Part shown: positions 62,382 through 64,000 of the stretch, in pieces
Numbering within the stretch: position 1 is the first letter of the stretch
Layout: every line of letters begins with the position of its first letter
Source: Squalus acanthias
Lineage: Eukaryota
Direction: 5' to 3'
Length of the DNA: 64,000 bases
NCBI GenBank assembly: GCA_030390025.1
Contig: CM059431.1
Location: 100,442,001-100,506,000, forward strand
Position numbers and translations under genes: made by a program
The notes under the pieces: generated by a model
Database searches by the model: none
Told to the model about the DNA's origin: nothing
Seen by the model: only the letters and a program-made list of their open reading frames with translations

Positions 62382-63265
62382 ATATATTGTGGCACCACCG
62401 ATAACTCAAGCAAGCTGGACAATTTGACTGGAAATACTGACAACTGTTTCTGGTGCAGTCTGAGCTGCAATAACAAAATCCCCACCACCTGAGACCACAG
62501 GGGCCAGGATATGGGTTACTTATAGCAACCGTGAGCCAGCTAACAAGAATAGCAGGAAAGCTGCTGAATTTGAAGCGACGCAGTCCTTTGAAGTCAGCTA
62601 CTTAGCGGCTATTATAACCATTCAAGTGAAATCTTTGAAGGCAGGTTATCCTCTGCTGCATCATGTCCTGTTGTTGTGAATGAATTATTTCCTTTTCCTT
62701 CATTTTTCACGTTTGTGACACTGACACTTTAATTGTTTTCGTTGTTAACTACAGGCTTGGGGAACTGAAACACTTGACTGGCAAAGCAACAAAATTAATT
62801 AGTGAACTGAAAGAACTGTGTGCGCATAAAAATCCACAAATCGTCACACTCACATAGCCTGCATTAAACTACATATTCTGGCAAATGACAGCCAGTAGGA
62901 TGCAAATTAAATATTCATGACCAGCAATTATTCGACTTAACTATAAGCAGCCATACTATGTAGCCTGCTCTTGTTGTATTTCTTTAGAATTGCTTATGCA
63001 CCATTATTCATAGCCCATCTAGTCTTCTGCTGTTAATCAAACCAGTTCTAGTATGTTTTTCCAAGAATACTTTAAATGTGGTGAAAATGTAGTCAAGTGG
63101 CTACCTCTGTCAGGTGTTATTTACGTAATTTGCCTTTTTGTTCCTATGCATCTATTACTAGAGGAACGAGAGGTTTGAAAAAAAACACGTATTTGCTTTT
63201 TTGCCCCACACAGAGTTTTAGTTTTATTTTTTTAACTCTTTCCTTTACTCTTCATTATTCTTTGT

Positions 63266-63671
63266 GTGTCAGCTGTGGCTCGGTGGGCAGCACTCTCGGT
63301 TCCAAGTCAGAAGGTTGTGGGTTCAAGTCCCGCTCCAGAGACTTGAGCACAAAATCTTAAGTTGACACTCCAGTGCAGCGCTGAGGGAGTGCTGCACTGT
63401 CGGAGGTGCCGTCTTTCGGATGAGACCTTAAACCGAAGCCCCCGTCTGCTCTCTCAGATCCTTTAAAAGATCCCACGGCCACTATTTTTCCGAAGAAGAG
63501 CAGGGGAGTTCTCCCTGGTGTCCTGGCCAATATTTATCTCTCAACCAACATCGCTAAAACAGATTACCTGGTTATTATCACATTACTGTTTTGGAAACTT
63601 GCTGTGAGCAAATTGGCTGCCGCGTTTCCTACATTACAAGTGACTACACTTCAAAAAAAGTACTTCATTGG
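63266..63671 (+). mobile_element. Deu-SINE lacking the extreme 3' tail
   Basis: Family match. Confidence 0.87.
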
Positions 63672-64000
63672 TACCTTTCAAGCCACTGATTTGAAAAGCA
63701 TGATTCATAATTTAATCTGTTTTAAATTTTAATGTTTTATTACACAAAACATGTGTTATATAAACAGACTACCCTGTGGGGAAAACTGTGCAACATAGAA
63801 TGTATTCTAATTAGAAGGAAGATCATTATAATTCATTTGTAACTTAAGAGCTGTAAAGAGCTCTCGCACACAATCCCATATTCCACAGTTCCCTCATTAC
63901 GCATCACTTTCTTTTCCATTACCTTTCCCCCTTTCGCTATTTCCTACTTGTAATTTTCCGTTTTCTATGTCCCATTTTTCCTTCTGTTCTCTTTCCTGTT

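Overview
Eukaryotic, repeat-dense vertebrate DNA. The repeat content (CR1 and L2 LINEs, an HE1-type V-SINE, Deu-domain and Meta-domain SINEs, Penelope ends) points to a shark or other cartilaginous fish. The window appears to lie inside the 3' part of the propionyl-CoA carboxylase alpha gene (PCCA) on the minus strand. Two coding exons are visible: 29237-29377 (141 nt) and 1225-1302 (78 nt, carrying the EAMKM biotinylation motif), joined by a 27.9-kb phase-0 GT-AG intron. Everything else is intronic. Almost all listed ORFs are retroelement remnants or minisatellite artefacts. The most notable items are: two independent 33-bp minisatellite expansions at the same hairpin inside one SINE family; a perfect 80-bp spacerless palindrome apparently made by template switching at a SINE tail; Penelope-type inserts with a hammerhead ribozyme core, long TSDs and similar target sites; several MITE groups; head-to-head CR1 pairs; and repeat-free intronic islands that may be enhancers. 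No prokaryotic-type system is present. Repeat family names come from recall of consensus features, not from a search, and repeat boundaries are approximate.
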